Under the pieces are notes generated by a model. It saw nothing but the letters and a program-made list of their open reading frames with translations. It was not told where the DNA came from and did not search any database. The translations under genes and the position numbers were made by a program. DNA of 63,879 nt, the filler included, from Reticulomyxa filosa (Eukaryota > Protista > Foraminifera): the NCBI GenBank assembly GCA_000512085.1. It is 8 parts of 8 records of this genome, joined end to end, with 100 filler letters (N's around TTAATTAATTAA, not from the genome) between each part and the next. Parts side by side here need not be neighbours in the genome. Positions count along the whole stretch, not along the records: positions 62,550 to 63,879 come from ASPP01033355.1; 7 more parts are not named here. One strand, 5' to 3'. Within the stretch, counting starts at the first letter, position 1. Every line of letters starts with the position of its first letter. Positions 62,550 through 63,879 of this stretch are shown piece by piece.

Positions 62550-63879
62550 CATTAATCATTTATCATTTGAATATTTCATCTTGTGTTTCAAAACGTATCA
62601 ATGATTTTTTATTTGAATTGTTGTTTTTACAACATATCAATTCCAATTCTCAAATATCTCAATGTTTTCATGTCAATCCCAATATGATCTTTTTAATTGA
62701 AATTCCATCTACATTGGATCATTCAGATTTTACTTTATCACTGGAAACTTTTTTTTCTACTGTCAAATTTCCAATTGTTCACGTATCTCCTCAGAATAAT
62801 GAATTTGAATTTGGAAAAGAGGCGCAATATGTCATCAAATGGCTGCAAGAATTTTTTAATGGAAATTTGAAGTTTTTTCAAATGATCTTTGTTTTACATT
62901 TTTCCTACAAAAAATAAAACAAAAAATGCAATAAATATATCCTTGTGTATTTTCAAGGTGTTCTGAAAAAAAACAACGAGATATTGATCCTGATACAATA
63001 CTCGATCTTGAAAAAGACAAAATGAGAAAATTTATGGAAAATCACTTTGATGAAATAGCCAAATCAAAGCCAATCCATCAATGTTCTTTTTTTAAATATT
63101 TATATCAGCAACTTAGACCTTTGGTACAACCAAAATTGAAAAAGCAGTTTTTGGAAATAAATGCAAAATCCATTCAATGGAGACATGAGATTACCAAATC
63201 AGTAATTGAGACGGCGAAAATATTGTGCTGTTGTCAGTATAATTACATAAAACAGAATGTAGAAGAAAAAGAACAAAAAATTGAAAGCACTGGTCAAGAA
63301 GAGTTTTATTTGTGTAAGAAATGGCATGACTCTAAAGAATGTTGTTTTTTGGTCAATCAAGATGGAGGTTAATTGTTTATTTGTATATGTGTTGATGTGT
63401 TTACAAGTGAAATTTTTTATGTTAAGCGTTTGTATATTTGTTGTTTCTCCACAGAAAGTATTTCGGTATTGGTTAATAATATGAAAAACATGAATCAAAA
63501 GCAATTGGATGAATTCCAAAAGTTGAAATTTCATTTGTTCGATTGGCAACAAGATTTGAAAAAAAGAGAATCAATCTTGCAAGTTTTGCATATTTTTGTT
63601 TAATTTTAGATTTACATTTTCACTTTTCCAATGATACAAAAAAAATTGAAAAAGGAGAAGATGGAACAGCCAGAGTCACAAAATGAAAAAGAAAAACGAT
63701 TGAGATTATTGTTTCGCATTTTGGGGATTCCAACTCAGGGAACAATGAAAGAATGTGAAGAGAAAAAATTGGAAACGACACAAGATCTTCATGAACAAAT
63801 TGTGAACAAATTACGCAATGATAAGGAATGGTCGGATTATGTATTGACATTTGACAATATTCTGAAGATGATCGCTATT
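62550..63879 (+). CDS. Internal fragment of an RNF213 (mysterin)-like giant AAA+ protein
   Basis: YHLNISSCVSKRINDFLFELLFLQHINS...HVNPNMIFLIEIP resembles the recalled RNF213 segment HLDVTSSV...FLFKLLILQYL...NPCHLYIVEI; further spliced exons follow. Confidence 0.55.

Noticed and set aside
1-63879. CRISPR arrays, operons or prokaryotic defence systems
   Set aside because: Spliceosomal introns and eukaryote-specific genes throughout; no repeat-spacer arrays seen.

Overview
This is AT-rich, intron-dense eukaryotic DNA, not prokaryotic. It consists of 8 separate contigs joined by artificial 100-bp spacers (44 N + TTAATTAATTAA + 44 N), so adjacency across a spacer is meaningless. The gene-family relics (kelch, WD40, TRAF-type zinc finger, RNF213-like) and intron style suggest a foraminiferan/rhizarian such as Reticulomyxa filosa (inference, not checked). 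Splicing the ORFs by hand gives recognisable genes: SF3B5, G-protein beta, BIG-type Sec7 ARF-GEF, vacuolin-like SPFH protein, acyltransferase-3, PPR-Smr, SAP-domain protein, a Tc1 remnant and an eEF2 pseudogene. The most unusual items are: (1) a single ZAP/PARP12-like gene reading CCCH-CCCH-[CCCH+RRM-like]-MLLE-[CCCH+RRM-like]-WWE-PARP(H-Y-V); (2) a phytochelatin-synthase-like domain lacking its catalytic triad, spliced in frame to a GNAT acetyltransferase; (3) a protein with about 18-20 RPEL actin-binding motifs; (4) an AKR lacking its catalytic Tyr/His; (5) a long Csm1/monopolin-like protein; (6) a kinase with a 304-aa activation segment; (7) a membrane protein built of tandem two-helix repeats. 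Domain calls come from recalled motifs; no database searches were run.
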